This document shows, in pieces, positions 24,844-37,944 of a stretch of 64,000 nucleotides of DNA. The stretch's first letter is position 1. Each line of letters opens with the position of its first letter. The position numbers and the translations under genes were made by a program. The DNA lies in contig NC_043017.1 of the NCBI RefSeq assembly GCF_006345805.1, positions 23,002,001-23,066,000 of the forward strand, given 5' to 3'. The notes under the pieces are model-generated. The model was not told where the DNA came from, did no database searches, and saw nothing but the letters and a program-made list of their open reading frames with translations. The stretch is from Octopus sinensis. Its lineage: Eukaryota.

Positions 24844-25082
24844 GATGGTGGTAGTAGTAGTGGTGGTGGTGGTGGTGGTAGTAGTAGTAGTAGTGGTGGT
24901 GGTGGTAGTAGTGGTGGAGGTGGTAGTAGTAGTGGTGGTGGTGGTGGTGGTGGTGGTGGTAGTAGTAGTAATAGTAGTGGTGGTGGTGGTAGTAGTAGTA
25001 GTAGTAGTGGTGGTGGTGGTGGTGGTAGTAGTAGTAGTAGTAGTGGTAGTAGTAGTAATAGTAGTGGTGGTGGTGGTGGTGG
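24770..25082. repeat. (GTA)n/(GTG)n trinucleotide repeat
   Basis: Direct inspection; source of the poly-Val/Ser-Gly/Thr/Pro-Leu ORFs. Confidence 0.95.
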
Positions 25083-25261
25083 CATCAGTGGCGAGACGAT
25101 GAGATGAAAAGTCCATTAATACTAATGACCATACACTCACACACCCTCCCCTCCCCACCTGTGCCTCTCCTTCGTCTCTGTTGTCCAGCGGGAAATTCCC
25201 CAGCTGCCGTCTGTGGCATTGCTAAATGGACAACACTAAGTCGATCTGACTGTTCGCAACA

Positions 25262-25859
25262 CACATGCATACATACATACACACATACACACATACATAC
25301 ATACATACATACATACATACATACATACATACATACATACATACATACATACATACATACATACATACATACATACATACACCATACATACATACATACA
25401 TACATACACACATACATACATACATACATACATACATACATACAAACATACACACACACATATATACATACATACATACACACACATACATTCATACATA
25501 CATACATACATACATACATACATACATACACACACATACACACATGCATACATACATACATACATATATACACACGCATACACACATACACACATGCATA
25601 CATACATACATACACACATACATACATACATACACACATACCCACATACATACACAAATACATACAAACATACACACACACATACATACATACATCATAC
25701 ATACCTACATACATACATACATGAATACACACATACATACATACATACATACATACATACATACATACACACACACATACATACATACATACATACATAC
25801 ATACACACATACATACACATACATACATACATACATACATACATACATACATACATACA

Positions 25860-25893
<34 letters not shown>

Positions 25894-25895
25894 CA
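25262..25895. repeat. (CATA)n microsatellite
   Basis: Direct inspection. Confidence 0.95.
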
Positions 25896-26724
25896 TGCGT
25901 GCGTGCGAGCCTACGTGTGTGTGTGTGTGTGTCCATTTCCTAAACAAGCAAGTTCATTTGATCAATTTTATTGAAGATTTGAAGATAGCAAATGGGAAAT
26001 TCAGAGGCAAAAATGGAAGAGAAAGGGAGGGAGAGGGAGAGGGAGAGAAAGGGAGGGAGAGGGAGAGAAGGAAAGAGATAATGTCCGCGCGCGTAGATTT
26101 ATATGAGTACACGTATCAATTATTTTATTTGCTCCCTGTTCAATAGTTTAACATACAAGGTGTCTAAATTCCGCCGAGGTCGACTTTGCCTTTCATCCTT
26201 TCGGCGTCGATAAATTAAGTACCAGCTGCGTAATGGGTCGATCTAATCGACTGGCACCCTCCCCAAAAATTTCGGTAGAAAAAGAATACACAGGGTGCCT
26301 TCAAAGCAAATTATACACACAATGAATGATTAGTTAAAATGCATTTCCTTCTCAAAGTTCATTGGAATCTACAGATTCAGAATTTCAAAGTTTTAAACGT
26401 GATGTCCGCTCTGGTCCAATCCTTGCTGATAACTAGAAGCAGTTGGATAGCAAACATCAGAAAACATTTGTTCGGTATTTGGGCGCATTCTCGTTCAATG
26501 ACTGCCTTCGATTCGTATTTTGCCGATTTTGTATCGTAAACTTCATTTTTTTGTAAGTATCTGTTTCTTATTACCCACAAGGAGCTAAACACAGAGGGGA
26601 CAAACAAGGACAGACAAACGGATCAAGTCGATTACATCGACCCCAGTGCGTAACTTGTACTTTATTTATCGACCCCCAAAGGATGAAAGGCAAAGTCGGC
26701 CTCGGCATAAAGAAAAAAGTCTGG

Positions 26725-27161
26725 TGTTTTAAGTCTGTTAGTCAGATAAGGTGAGACAGTGTCACGTGACAACTTGCTGGGGCTGCCTGCTGGAGCCTAT
26801 GCGGCAGGTATTTAAAGGGAGAAATTTGACAAGACAGTCAGTCACCGGCTGACACTCGCTGACGATACATCGAAGAGGCTAGGGAACAGAAGAAAGAAGA
26901 CATGCACCCAACACCAGAGCTGAAGACATTTCCGAAAGGGGAAGGGGGCCGCCACGTCAAAACGGTAGAGGAGTAGGGGCCAAAACCGGACGTGGTTCCT
27001 CCTGATGATGTCTTGAGCTAACTGGATCCTATAAAGGAGCTGTTGTGGTAGCAGACCACGAAACACGGTTGTAATTCCCCGGTGAATGCGGAAGGTATTC
27101 AACTGAAAGTCTTCGTCCAATCCACCCGTTTGGCAAAATCTCTTCAACATAAGTCCTTACA
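26725..27161 (+). mobile_element. probable solo LTR (Gypsy-like)
   Basis: GC-richer block of about 440 bp bounded by TGT...ACA, with internal TATTTAAA followed by CAGTCAGTC; no clear TSD found. Confidence 0.45.
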
Positions 27162-27174
27162 CTTACACGGAGTG

Positions 27175-27475
27175 AAGGCATGTGGTTAAAGGATTAGGTT
27201 ATTCGGCTCTCGATTGTAAGGTTGTATGTTCGATACTTGGCAGAGCGTTGAGTCCTTCTACAAGACATTTTATTTCATGTTTCTTCAGTCTACTTAACTG
27301 GCAAAAATGGGCACCACCCGTATTTCAAAGGGCCAACCTTTTCACATTCTGTGTCACGCTGAATCTCTATAAGAATTATGTTAAGGGTACATGTGTCTGT
27401 GGAGTACTCAGGCACATACACGTTAATTTCACGTGCAGGCTGTTCCATTAATCGAATCAACTAGAACCCACGTCA
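27175..27475 (+). mobile_element. SINE family C, degenerate
   Basis: tRNA-like head and C-type tail. Confidence 0.75.
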
Positions 27476-27669
27476 AGATTTTTTGTTCCAAAAACAAAAA
27501 ATTATTTCACGTTCTCTCGAAAGTTTGTAAATTCTTATGACATCATTAATATTATTAATTAATATATGCACTTGAAACAGCCTTAGATTGAAATACAAGT
27601 GTGTATAATACTTATGCGTATACAGACGTAGAAAGGCATTAATTGTGACGTTTGTATATACATTACAAG

Positions 27670-28030
27670 TGCAGGTATGGTTGTGTGGTTACGAAGCTTG
27701 CTTTGTGACCACATGGTTTCGGGTTCAGTCCCACTGCTCGGCACCGGAGTGGGGGCAGTGCCTTCTGCTATAGCCTCGGGCCGACCAATGTCCTGCGAGG
27801 GAATTTGGTAGACAGAAACTGTGTAGAAGCTCACAGTGTGCGTGCGTGTGTGTGTCTGTGTGTGTGTGCGTCTCTGTGTGTGTGTGTGTGCGTCTGTGTG
27901 TGTGTGCGCGCGCGCGCGTCTGTGTGTGTTTCCCGCACCACCGCTTCACAACTGGTGTTGGTTTGTTAAGATCCCCGTAACTTAGCAGTGCGGCAAAAGT
28001 ACCCGATAGAATAAGTATCAGAGTTGAAAC

Positions 28031-28069
<39 letters not shown>

Positions 28070-28150
28070 TAGAAATAGAAATAGAACATGTATTAGGGTA
28101 GATTTGCACAACTAAACAATTTAAGGCGGTGCCCCAGCATGGCTACAGTC
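27670..28150 (+). mobile_element. SINE family B, degenerate
   Basis: Head, core and tail remnants. Confidence 0.75.
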
Positions 28151-28286
28151 CAATGAATAAAGCAAATAAAATACAAAAGACTTAAATGTTATATTAGTAA
28201 TTAGCGAAGTAAGAAAAATCTTATTACGATAAAATAATAGTCTGTAAAAAATTCTTTTTTTTTTAATTCTCAACCGGTGAACCGTT

Positions 28287-28330
28287 ACTTTGCTGATGAA
28301 GACACAACATAAGCGAAACACGTCAGAAGT
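28287..28330 (+). ncRNA. degenerate Penelope-type hammerhead motif
   Basis: ACTTTG-CTGATGA-A-G...C-GAAA-CAC-GTC-AGAAGT; the GUC triplet and stem I are partly intact; stem II is poor. Confidence 0.4.
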
Positions 28331-28769
28331 TGTGTCCCTTATTTACTGAAGCACTTCATATATCAGTTATCCATTGTATAGCGCAGTTTTCGTTTTCGTC
28401 TTTGTTCTCCTTTTATTCTCTCGGCGCATAACTACTTCCAGTTCGTATTTTAATTCTCTCTAATTTAACCCAAGTTAACTCTAATTTAACCAATGCTTTT
28501 CATGTAGACATCTCTGAGTGATTTATTCTTTAGTCATAAAATGTAAGTTAATAAGCAGCCAACCACTCAAGCACGTATATGCTCCAACAGTCATGACTTC
28601 ACTTGTTAAAAGAATACGGTGCGGCTTCTTAACATTTTCCGTCTTTTTTTTTTTAATATTTATTTTATTATTTGTTATTTACTTATTTTTCCCCCATTTG
28701 TTTGTTTGCTTACTTGTTGCTGCTTGTCGGCTCTTTATAAATTTCTTGTTCTCAAAAACTGTGTCAAAC

Positions 28770-29400
28770 ACATACACACACACACACACACACACGTACA
28801 CACGTACACACACACGTACACATATACACATACACACACATACACACACATGTACACACGTACACACATACACACACACATACACACACACACGTATACA
28901 CATACACATATACACATACACACACATACACACACACGTACACACACACACACACGTACACACACACACACACACACATGTACACATATACACATACACA
29001 CACATAAACACACATGTACACACGTACACACACACACCACACACGTACACACGTACACACATACACATATACACATACACACACATACACACACACGTAC
29101 ACATATACACATACACACACATACACACACATGTACACACGTATACACACACACACACACACACGTACACACATACACATACACACACATACACACACAC
29201 GTACACACACACACACGTACACACGTACACACACACACGTACACACATACACACATACACATACACACACACATACACACACGTACGCACAAGCACACAC
29301 ACATACACACACACGCACGCACATGCACACACATGCACACACACGCACAAGCACACACACACATACAAACATACATCCATACATACATACGTATATATAG
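28770..29400. repeat. CA-rich compound microsatellite (CACACGTA/CACATA units)
   Basis: Direct inspection; source of the 200-300 aa His/Thr ORFs. Confidence 0.95.
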
Positions 29401-29559
29401 GCATGTGTGCGTGCGTGCGTGCGTCTGTTCAGGTGTGAGAACGAGAGGTGGCTGAATATGTAATCAAAATAATCCACAATTACGAAATAAAAAAACCCTC
29501 AGATTTAAATTCCAGTGAAGGTATATTTTATTCGGTGTTTTCTTATAACTTGACTATAT

Positions 29560-30015
29560 TCTTTTCTACTCTAGGCACAAGGCCCGAAATTTTAGGGGAG
29601 GGGACCAGTCGATTAGATCGACCCCGGTACGCAACTGGTACTTAATTTATCGACCCCGAAACGATGATAGGCAAAGTCGACCTCGGGTGAATTGAACTCA
29701 GAACATAAAGACAGACGAAATACCTATTTCTGTTTCTTTACTACCCACAAGGGGCTAAACACAGAGGGGACAAACAAGGACAGACAAAGGGATTAAGTCG
29801 ATTATATCGACCCCAGTGCGTAACTGGTACTTAATTTATCGACCCCGAAACGATGATAGGCAAAGTCGACCTCGGCGGAATTTGAACTCAGAACGTAACG
29901 GCAGACGAAATACGGCTACACATTTCGCCCTGCGTGCTAACGTTTCTGCCAGCTCGCCGCCTTCAAACAGACGAAATACCTATTTCTTTACTACCCACAT
30001 GGGGCTAAACACAGA
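29560..30015 (-). mobile_element. SINE-A multimer
   Basis: Two GAAATAG|GTATTTCG junctions, at about 29724 and 29980. Confidence 0.85.
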
Positions 30016-30309
30016 GGTCTTTTAGGTAATAAATCTATCAATGATTTCACTTGTCGTTTTGAACGGATGCACGATTCTCTACGATTAATGAATCAATTGT
30101 CATTCATAACAACACGCTTTCGATAATCTCAAATTCCGAGGTCAACTTTGCTTTCACCCTTTCGGATTAAATAAGTACATGTTACGCACTGAGGTCGATG
30201 TAAACGATCTAATCCTTTTGTCTGTCCTAGTTTGTCTCCTCAATGTTTAGCACCCTGTGGGCAATAAAGAAGTTTTTTAAAATGAATAATTTAACCATTT
30301 AAAATCTCA

Positions 30310-31073
30310 CTAACAATCTGCTAAATTCATTTTCTTTTTGAAGAGCTCGGGTTTAGGGAAGGTTTTCGGTGCTTCATTTTGGTGCAACGACTGTGAAGAA
30401 CATGTTTTATCATTGTACAGACTCCACTTTTCATCGCAAGTTAAAATATAGTCAAGAAATGGACCGGTCTGGTTACAGAGAAGAAGCGACGAGCAAATTT
30501 CATATCTGTGCATTTTCTGATTTTCATTCAAATCGTGTGGTACCCATTTGTCAAGCTGTTTTGATTTTCCGATCGCATGCAAATAGTTGCAGGCAGTTTT
30601 TTGGCTAACTTGAAGTTCTTTTGCCAGTTCTCGAATGGTTTCATGTGTATCTTTCTCAATGACGGTCTTTAATTGACCGTCATCGATGACAGAGGGGCGT
30701 CCACTATGCTCATGATCTTAAAGGTTCACGTCTGCTCTGCGAAATCGTTTAAACCATTTTCGAGCTGACCACTCACTGGTCATTTCTTCACCAAATGTTT
30801 CGTTGATATTGCGAGCAGTTTCAGCTGCTTTACGCCCTCTTTTGAAGTTGAATAACAAAATTGCTCGAATATCGCGCTTTGACAGTTGCATTTCAGATGA
30901 TTGTAACAATGGTGAAAAAAATATCAATGTTAATTTATTGATGCATTTGGGCAAGTCTATGTCTGTATTATCAGACAATCGCAAAAAAATATTTTTTAGA
31001 ATTCGAAACTCTACAAAAATCCGGTATAAATTCTTCATGTTTCAAAACGTTGCTTACTTTTTACTCAACCTGA
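30310..31073 (-). pseudogene. mariner (Mos1/Hsmar1-like) transposon: 5' TIR plus truncated transposase
   Basis: TIR TA|TCAGGTTGAGTAAAAAGTAAGCAACG ending at 31073; ATG at 30891; MQLSKRDIRAILLFNFKRGRKAAETARNINETFG...SGRP...KWVPHDL...ILTCDEKW; one in-frame stop at 30718-30720; truncated after the first catalytic Asp. Confidence 0.92.
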
Positions 31074-31699
31074 TATTTGCTTTGGAAGTTATCTATTTGG
31101 TCGACTTAAATCTTAAGGTGATTAGTTTTAATCCGTCACCCGGTTTTCACATTACCACTTGGCTCTTTGATACCTTTAGCAGAGTTCTCTTTGGAGCAAG
31201 AGTCTGGACCAGGACTCCCCTTCCTTTCTCCTTCCCTCCTCCCCGTTAGTTTTCTGTGTTCAAACAGTAGGGTGTGGTATGAGGGAGTGTTTGGTTGGTA
31301 ATTCCGGAAAGTCAAGTGACCGCTTATAATAACGCACACATACACACACACACACACACACCTCTGTTTGACTCGTCGTCGTCATTGTATTTTTGTGAAC
31401 GGCAAAGTACATGTTTGCCTTCGACCAGCCGAGTCTCTACGATCGGGTTTCGATTCCCATTTCATTTCAACGCTCTCAGCACACACGTGCACACATGCAC
31501 ACACAAACACACACACACACACACACATATACGCATACAAGTGATAAATAAGGAATAACCATCACCCACCCCTGACCGACTCCGCCGTCCGAGGCGATGA
31601 TGTATCCTTGATATCAGGAAATCAATAATTGACTCAAATACGACATTAACATCATTTCAACATTTATTGCCACCATATTTGGACAATTAGACCATCTGC

Positions 31700-31700
31700 C

Positions 31701-31748
<48 letters not shown>

Positions 31749-32073
31749 TTCTTTCCCTCTCTCTCTCTCTCTATCTATCTCTCTTTCTCCTTCTCTCTCT
31801 CTCAACAGTCCCTCCTTCCCCCTCTCTCCATTACTTTCCCATCTCTCGCCCTCTCTCGTCTGTCCATTCTTTCCCCCACTCTCTTCTTCCTCTCTCTTTC
31901 TCTTTCTCTCTTCCTCTCTCTCTCTCTTACTTTCTCTCTCTTACTTTCTCTCTTTCTCTCTCATTTTCTCTCTCTCTTCCTCTCTCAGCTGTCCGCTCTT
32001 TCCCCACTCTCTTCTCTCTTTCACTCTCTCTCTTTCGTTCTTTCTCTCTCAACAGTCCATTCTCCTTTTTCTT

Positions 32074-32109
<36 letters not shown>

Positions 32110-32210
32110 AACTGTCCATCCTACCCTTCTCTTTCTCTCTCCCTCTCCATCTCCTCTCCATTCCTACAACACACACACACACCCTCTTTCCCCTTCCCCA
32201 CTCCTATTCC
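31700..32210. repeat. (CT)n-rich polypyrimidine tract
   Basis: Direct inspection. Confidence 0.9.
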
Positions 32211-32537
32211 TCTCAAAACTTTTATCGCTTCACCAATCCACTTCATACACAAACAACACTTTTGTTCTTCTTCTTATTCTTGCAGCCAAATGTAGTTTAT
32301 TGTTGTTATTGTCGTTGTTGTTGCTTTCGTTATTTGTTATGCTTTCGGTTCTTCTTGATTTGTTTTTTATTTTTTTATTTTTTCAATATTCTTTTGTTTG
32401 TCTCGTAACTATTATTAACACCACCGCCACCACCACCACCATCACCATCACCAATAACAACAACAACAACATCGCCACCATTGTTGTCATCGCATCCAAG
32501 CTAAGGCTACTGCCATCTTCACCACATTTGTTGTTGT

Positions 32538-32578
<41 letters not shown>

Positions 32579-32686
32579 TCAGAATCTTCGGCAAGTCAGC
32601 ATCATCACAACAGCTACTGTTATTCCTTATTGTATATATATATATATATATATATACAATATGAAGTCAGATAGATTGATAGATAG

Positions 32687-32717
<31 letters not shown>

Positions 32718-33164
32718 GATAGATGGATGGATGGATGGATGGATGATGGATGGATGGATCAATCATATATTTATATTCATTACTATAAATATATATATCA
32801 TTTATATATGAGTGTGTGCGTGTGTATGTACGAGTGTGTGTATGCATATATATATATATATATATATATATCATTGTATACCTAAATGTGTGTAGAGACA
32901 TATCATGAAGGTACAAGGGGGGAAAGTGAGAGAGTGGGAGAGGAAGAGGGAGGGAGAAAGGATGCGGATGGAATCAATGTGGCGGCAGGAGATGAAAGGG
33001 AGAAAGTTCGATATCAGTCCCCTCCTTCTGTTCACATTTTCCAAACCGCGGGATTTATGGTTTGGGGTTCATCTGATCAACTGTGACGTCACCACTGTCT
33101 GTAGGAAGAACCCCCGTGGCTCTCACAGCAGAATTAATTACAATGATTAATTAAAGTAGATTGC

Positions 33165-34170
33165 TCTTTACTTGTTTCAGTCATTTGACTGCGGCCATGC
33201 TGGAGCACCGACTTTAGTTGAGCAAATCGACCCCGGGACTTATTCTTTGTAAGCCCAGTACTTATTCTATCGGTCTCTTTTGCCGAACCGCTTGGTTACA
33301 GGGACGTAAACACACCAGCATCGGTTGTCAAGCAATGCTAGGGGGACAAACACAGACACACAAACATATACACACACACTTATATATATATACATATATA
33401 CGACAGGCTTCTTTCAGTTTCCGTCTACCAAATCCACTCACAAGGCATTGGTCGGCCTGGGGCTATAGCAGAAGACATTTGCCCAAGGTGCCACGCAGTG
33501 GGACTGAACCCGGAACCATGTGGTTGGTTAGCAAGCTACTTACCACACAGCCACTCCTGCGCTTATTCACAGATTTTCTTTTAAGTAGTAACGAAATAAA
33601 GAAGACAATGATACGAAAACACGGACTAGAGTTTCAATGGAATCCCTTGAATAGCTAAATACCCCTCAAATTAAACTACCATAGCTGCAGACGTAGTCAG
33701 TGGAGCTGAAATTATTTCTGGGTGGAATTAGTTAAGCGTTGAAATTCAGATGGAAGTTTCATCTTTGTGTGGTAAGTAGCTTGCTAACCAACCACATGGT
33801 TCCGGGTTCAGTCCCACTGCGTGGCACCTTGGGCAAGTGTCTTCTACTATAGCCCCGGGCCGACCAAAGCCTTGCGAGTGGATTTGGTAGACGGAAACTG
33901 AAAGAAGCCCGTCGTATATATGTATATATATATATGTGTGTGCGCGTGTATGTGTGTGTGTGTGTCTGTGTTTGTCCCCCTAGCATTGCTTGACAACCGA
34001 TGCTGGTGTGTTTACGTCCCCGTTACTTAGCGGTTCGGCAAAAAGAGACCGATAGAATAAGTACTGGGCTTACAAAAGAATAAGTCCCGGGGGTCGAGTT
34101 GCTCGACTAAAAGGCGGTGCTCCAGCATGGCCGCAGTCAAATGACTGAAACAAGTAAAAGAGTAGAAGAG
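33165..34170. mobile_element. two SINE-B copies in divergent orientation (about 33165-33565 minus; about 33765-34170 plus)
   Basis: Both are near full length and about 200 bp apart, so they form an inverted pair. Confidence 0.9.
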
Positions 34171-34547
34171 TAAATAAAAATCTTGCAGTCAGTTTACTAC
34201 TTTTGAGCTCGTTGTCATCGTCGTCGACGTAGTTGTTGTTGTTATTGTTGTTGTCTGTATTGGCTCATTTGCGGTTGTTGACAGCTATTATTAACACTTG
34301 GTAAAGTAGCAGCTGTTTGCTTATCTGTATATTTTTAGTCAGGATTCTTCATTAGCAGGTGGCAATAAGGAGGTGCTATACCAACTGTTTGACGACAACG
34401 ACGACGAAACCCAAAAGTCTTCAATTGGTAATGCCTTTTTCTCCATCGTTGCTCTGCTCTTGTTCTTCCGGGTCAACCCTGATTTGACACACTTAGGATC
34501 AAAATTGTCCCAAGTTCTGATAATCTCCGCTTTATTTTATGATATAA

Positions 34548-34944
34548 CTAGCAGTATCGCTCGGCGTTGCTCGGGTTTGTAAGGGAAATAACTATATAAG
34601 CATTTTTAGAGAGTTATAGCTAAAAAATAGCAAAAAAATGCATTAAAAATAGAAAAAAAATTATGGTAATTTTTTTTTAAATCGCTGACTCATCGTAGAC
34701 ATTTTTAGAGAGTTACTTCCCTTATATAATAGCGAAAAAATGCATTAAAATGGAAAAAAATGATGATAAATTATTTTTAAAATCGTAGACTCATTGTAGA
34801 CGCGCGCTAATACCCAGAAGGGCTCGATATGAATCACGACTATAAGATACCCGGTTTTGGTTAAACTGCACCGCAAAATGTGGGAGTAGTTAGGAATCTA
34901 AATCGTAGGAGACAGACACACAACTTGACTTTTATATATAAAGA
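34548..34944 (-). mobile_element. non-autonomous Helitron (copy 2)
   Basis: Same TC...hairpin-CTAG termini as 1202-1714; A|T insertion site; internal subrepeat duplications. Confidence 0.8.
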
Positions 34945-35528
34945 TTTATTCAGAATTTTCCTACTTACACATTTTTCCTCTTTTGAAGACATGATTAAAG
35001 GTGAAGTTATCTATTTGACTGCTGTTTCTAACAAGCCGAGCTACCACTTAAAACTCACTTCCTATTTTGTCCCACTTTTCTTATGTATAATGTTCTCCTG
35101 AATTAAAACTACGGTTTTGACCAACCCATTTCAAAGATTTAATCCCAGAAATTTTTTTCCCATGTTCCTGATAACTGGCTTGTATAGCATGGCACTCCAA
35201 CTTTTCGAAAATGATTGTGTTTCTTATGAATTCCTGCATTGAAGTGAATGGCTCATATATCCTTTTCATTTATCCATGAGGACTTTGGACCATTTAAATG
35301 ATTTTCAATAAAACTGATCCTTAATCTCCCTAATGCTCAAACTGCCCCCCACCAGTACAACAACTCCAGCTTCTCCATGTTCGGTGTTCCTTAAAAGTAA
35401 TCCAGCTCCCATGATTCAGTTACGCCACAAACACACACATCTATCTATCTACCTACCTATCTATCTATCTAGCTAGCTATCTTTCTATCTATCTACCTAT
35501 CTATCTATCTATCTATCTATCTTTCTAT

Positions 35529-35564
<36 letters not shown>

Positions 35565-36488
35565 GTCTATCAACCTATTTCTGTGCGTGTGTGTACGCGC
35601 GCATGTGTATGTGAATCTTAAATTGAAAAACTGGTGCAATTTGCTTTCATCAGACCATTCTATTGACAATTAAAATGCTTGTTTGTTGCAGAACACTTTA
35701 ATCATAGTCGAACTTTTTTGGTCTCATTGTTTTATTGGTTTTTGAAGGCATTGACCTCTTTCTTGCAACTCTACGTTCACAACTCAAGTCAATCAATTTT
35801 GTTCTTACACAATATGGCAACATCTTCATAAAATTCACAACCTTTCTAACAGTTGTAAGTCGACGTTTAATAATTTCCACTCTTAACTGCCAGAAATTTT
35901 CTGCGGCCTTCGAGATATCTTTCCTCATTCGGCAACTTCCTTCTTCAAAAAGATTTTCAAAAAGATGTAATTTCACAATTTGATTATTAGCATTGAACGA
36001 CTGAATGGAACTGATTTAAAATTATAGGGAAAAAAAAAGAATTAGAAAAGACTTTTGTTAATTTCAAATGTACGTTGAAATCTTGAAAATGTATTACGAA
36101 AGCTTTATATCTGAATTTGTGGAAAACAATTTTTCTGTAAAATATTCAATTGATAATGTATTTTGGAAATTCTCTTTTGAAATGTATTGCGGTCGAATGT
36201 ATTGCGAAATGCTGTAAAATGTATTTAGTTATTTTTGAAAATATTGTAAAATGTAATTAAAAATGATGAAATGTTACCACCTGATTTCGGGGATCGGGTG
36301 GGGCATTACACCACATTTATACATACTTCATATCTCATTAATTTTATTTTTTTCCCGATTGTACTGTCCCCTCTATGTTCGCCCCTTGTGGGTAATAATA
36401 AAATAATGGTACTTTTCACATTGGTTCCAGTCGATGACTTGCCGCGTATAAATATATTGGTGTCATTTTTGCACATGGTTTTCATTGA

Positions 36489-36725
36489 TATTCTGTTGTG
36501 TCTGGGGGGAGACATTTTCTTTTTGTGCTTGATAATTTAACACACTCTTCGGTAAAATTTCCACTTATTTTTATTCTCCTAAAATTTTCGTTGCGTTTTG
36601 CAACCTTTTCAATCGTCTTGACTCTTAAGAAAATAAAAACAAGAAATAAGTGAAAATTTTACAGGTGAGTGTGTTAAATTATAAGACACAAAAAGAAAAT
36701 GACTCACCCCAGACACAATAGAATA
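36489..36725. mobile_element. MITE with about 80-bp imperfect TIRs
   Basis: TATTCTGTTGTGTCTGGGGGAGACATTTTC... mirrored by ...GAAAATGACTCACCCCAGACACAATAGAATA; a relative runs from about 63850 to the window end. Confidence 0.65.
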
Positions 36726-36859
36726 TGCTTCAACGCACGAACTCACATAAAGAATCTTGCAAACCAAAGACACAATTAAATTCCTATATGTGCCTGTTAA
36801 GAAGAACGGTGAGACATGTCAAATAAGTAAAAAGAAAAATTCAATGGGTGGGTCCACCA

Positions 36860-37430
36860 TCGCTTGACAACCGATGTTGGTGTGGTTACATCCCCGTAAC
36901 TTAGCGGTTCGGCAAAACAAACCGATAGAATAAGTACTAGGCTTACGAAGAATAAGTCCTGGGGTCGATTTGTTCAACTAAAGGCGGTGCTCCAGCATGG
37001 CCGCAATCAAATGACTGAAACAAATAAAAGAATAAAAGAGGAGTGGCTGTGTGGTAAGTAGCTTCCTTACCAGCCACATGGTTCTGGGTTCATTCCCACT
37101 GCGTAGCACCTTGGGTAAGTGTCTTCTACTATAGCCTCGAACCGACCAAAGCCTTGTGAGTGGATTTGGTAGACGGAAACTGAAAGAAGCCCGTCGTATA
37201 TATATATATGTGTGTGTATGTTTGTGTGTGTGTTTGTCCCCCTAGCATTGCTTGACAACCGATGCTGGTGTGTTTATGTCTCCCGTAACCTAGCGGTTCG
37301 GCAAAAGAGACCGATCGAATAAGTACTAGGCTTACGAAGAATAAGTCCCGGGGTCGAGTTGCTCGATTAAAGGCGGTGCTCCAGCATGGCCGCAGTCAAA
37401 TGACTGAAACAAGTAAAAGAGTAAAAGAGT
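36860..37430 (+). mobile_element. SINE-B tail fragment followed by a full SINE-B
   Basis: Homology to family B. Confidence 0.85.
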
Positions 37431-37524
37431 ATAATATGTATAAAGATATATATGCATATATATATATATATATTATATATATATATATACATATGCATAT
37501 ATATATGCATATATATATATATAT

Positions 37525-37764
37525 TATACATCATATAATTAAGGGCTAAAGAGGGTTATTCTAAAGCCAAATACACTGTTTTATCCACTTATAATCCGCT
37601 TGTTACAGGAAAATCGAAACTGAAAACGGCAACTAACAAATTTTCTAAAGGTTAGTTGCCCGTTTTCAGTTTCGATTTTCCTGTAACAAGCGGATTATAA
37701 GTGGATAAAACAGTGTATTTGGCTTTAGAATAACCCTCTTTAGCCCTTAATTATATGATGTATA
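37525..37764. repeat. near-perfect 240-bp palindrome (113/114-nt arms, 13-nt loop)
   Basis: Arm-by-arm reverse-complement comparison shows a single extra C near the loop. Confidence 0.95.
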
Positions 37765-37944
37765 TTGCAACCGTAACGGTTTTTTTAAATATACTGCCCA
37801 CGCTTCCTGATGAATTCCTTGGCTGTAGAGTAAGGGACTTCATCCTATATTGCTATATATATATATATATATATGCATATATATATATATATATATATAT
37901 GCATATAATATATATATATGCATATATATATGCATATATATATA

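Noticed and set aside
24641-25158. Poly-Val, Ser/Gly, Thr and Pro/Leu ORFs (also 21001-21369)
   Set aside because: They come from a trinucleotide repeat, with no splice signals or unique coding context.
26842-27150. 102-aa minus-strand ORF
   Set aside because: It lies inside the probable solo LTR and has no recognisable motif.
33084-33091. CRE palindrome TGACGTCA (also 12553-12560)
   Set aside because: An 8-mer is expected about once per window by chance; no independent support.
35698-35983. Overlapping 92-aa and 82-aa ORFs
   Set aside because: No recognisable motif, alternative start codons and no donor; cannot be supported.
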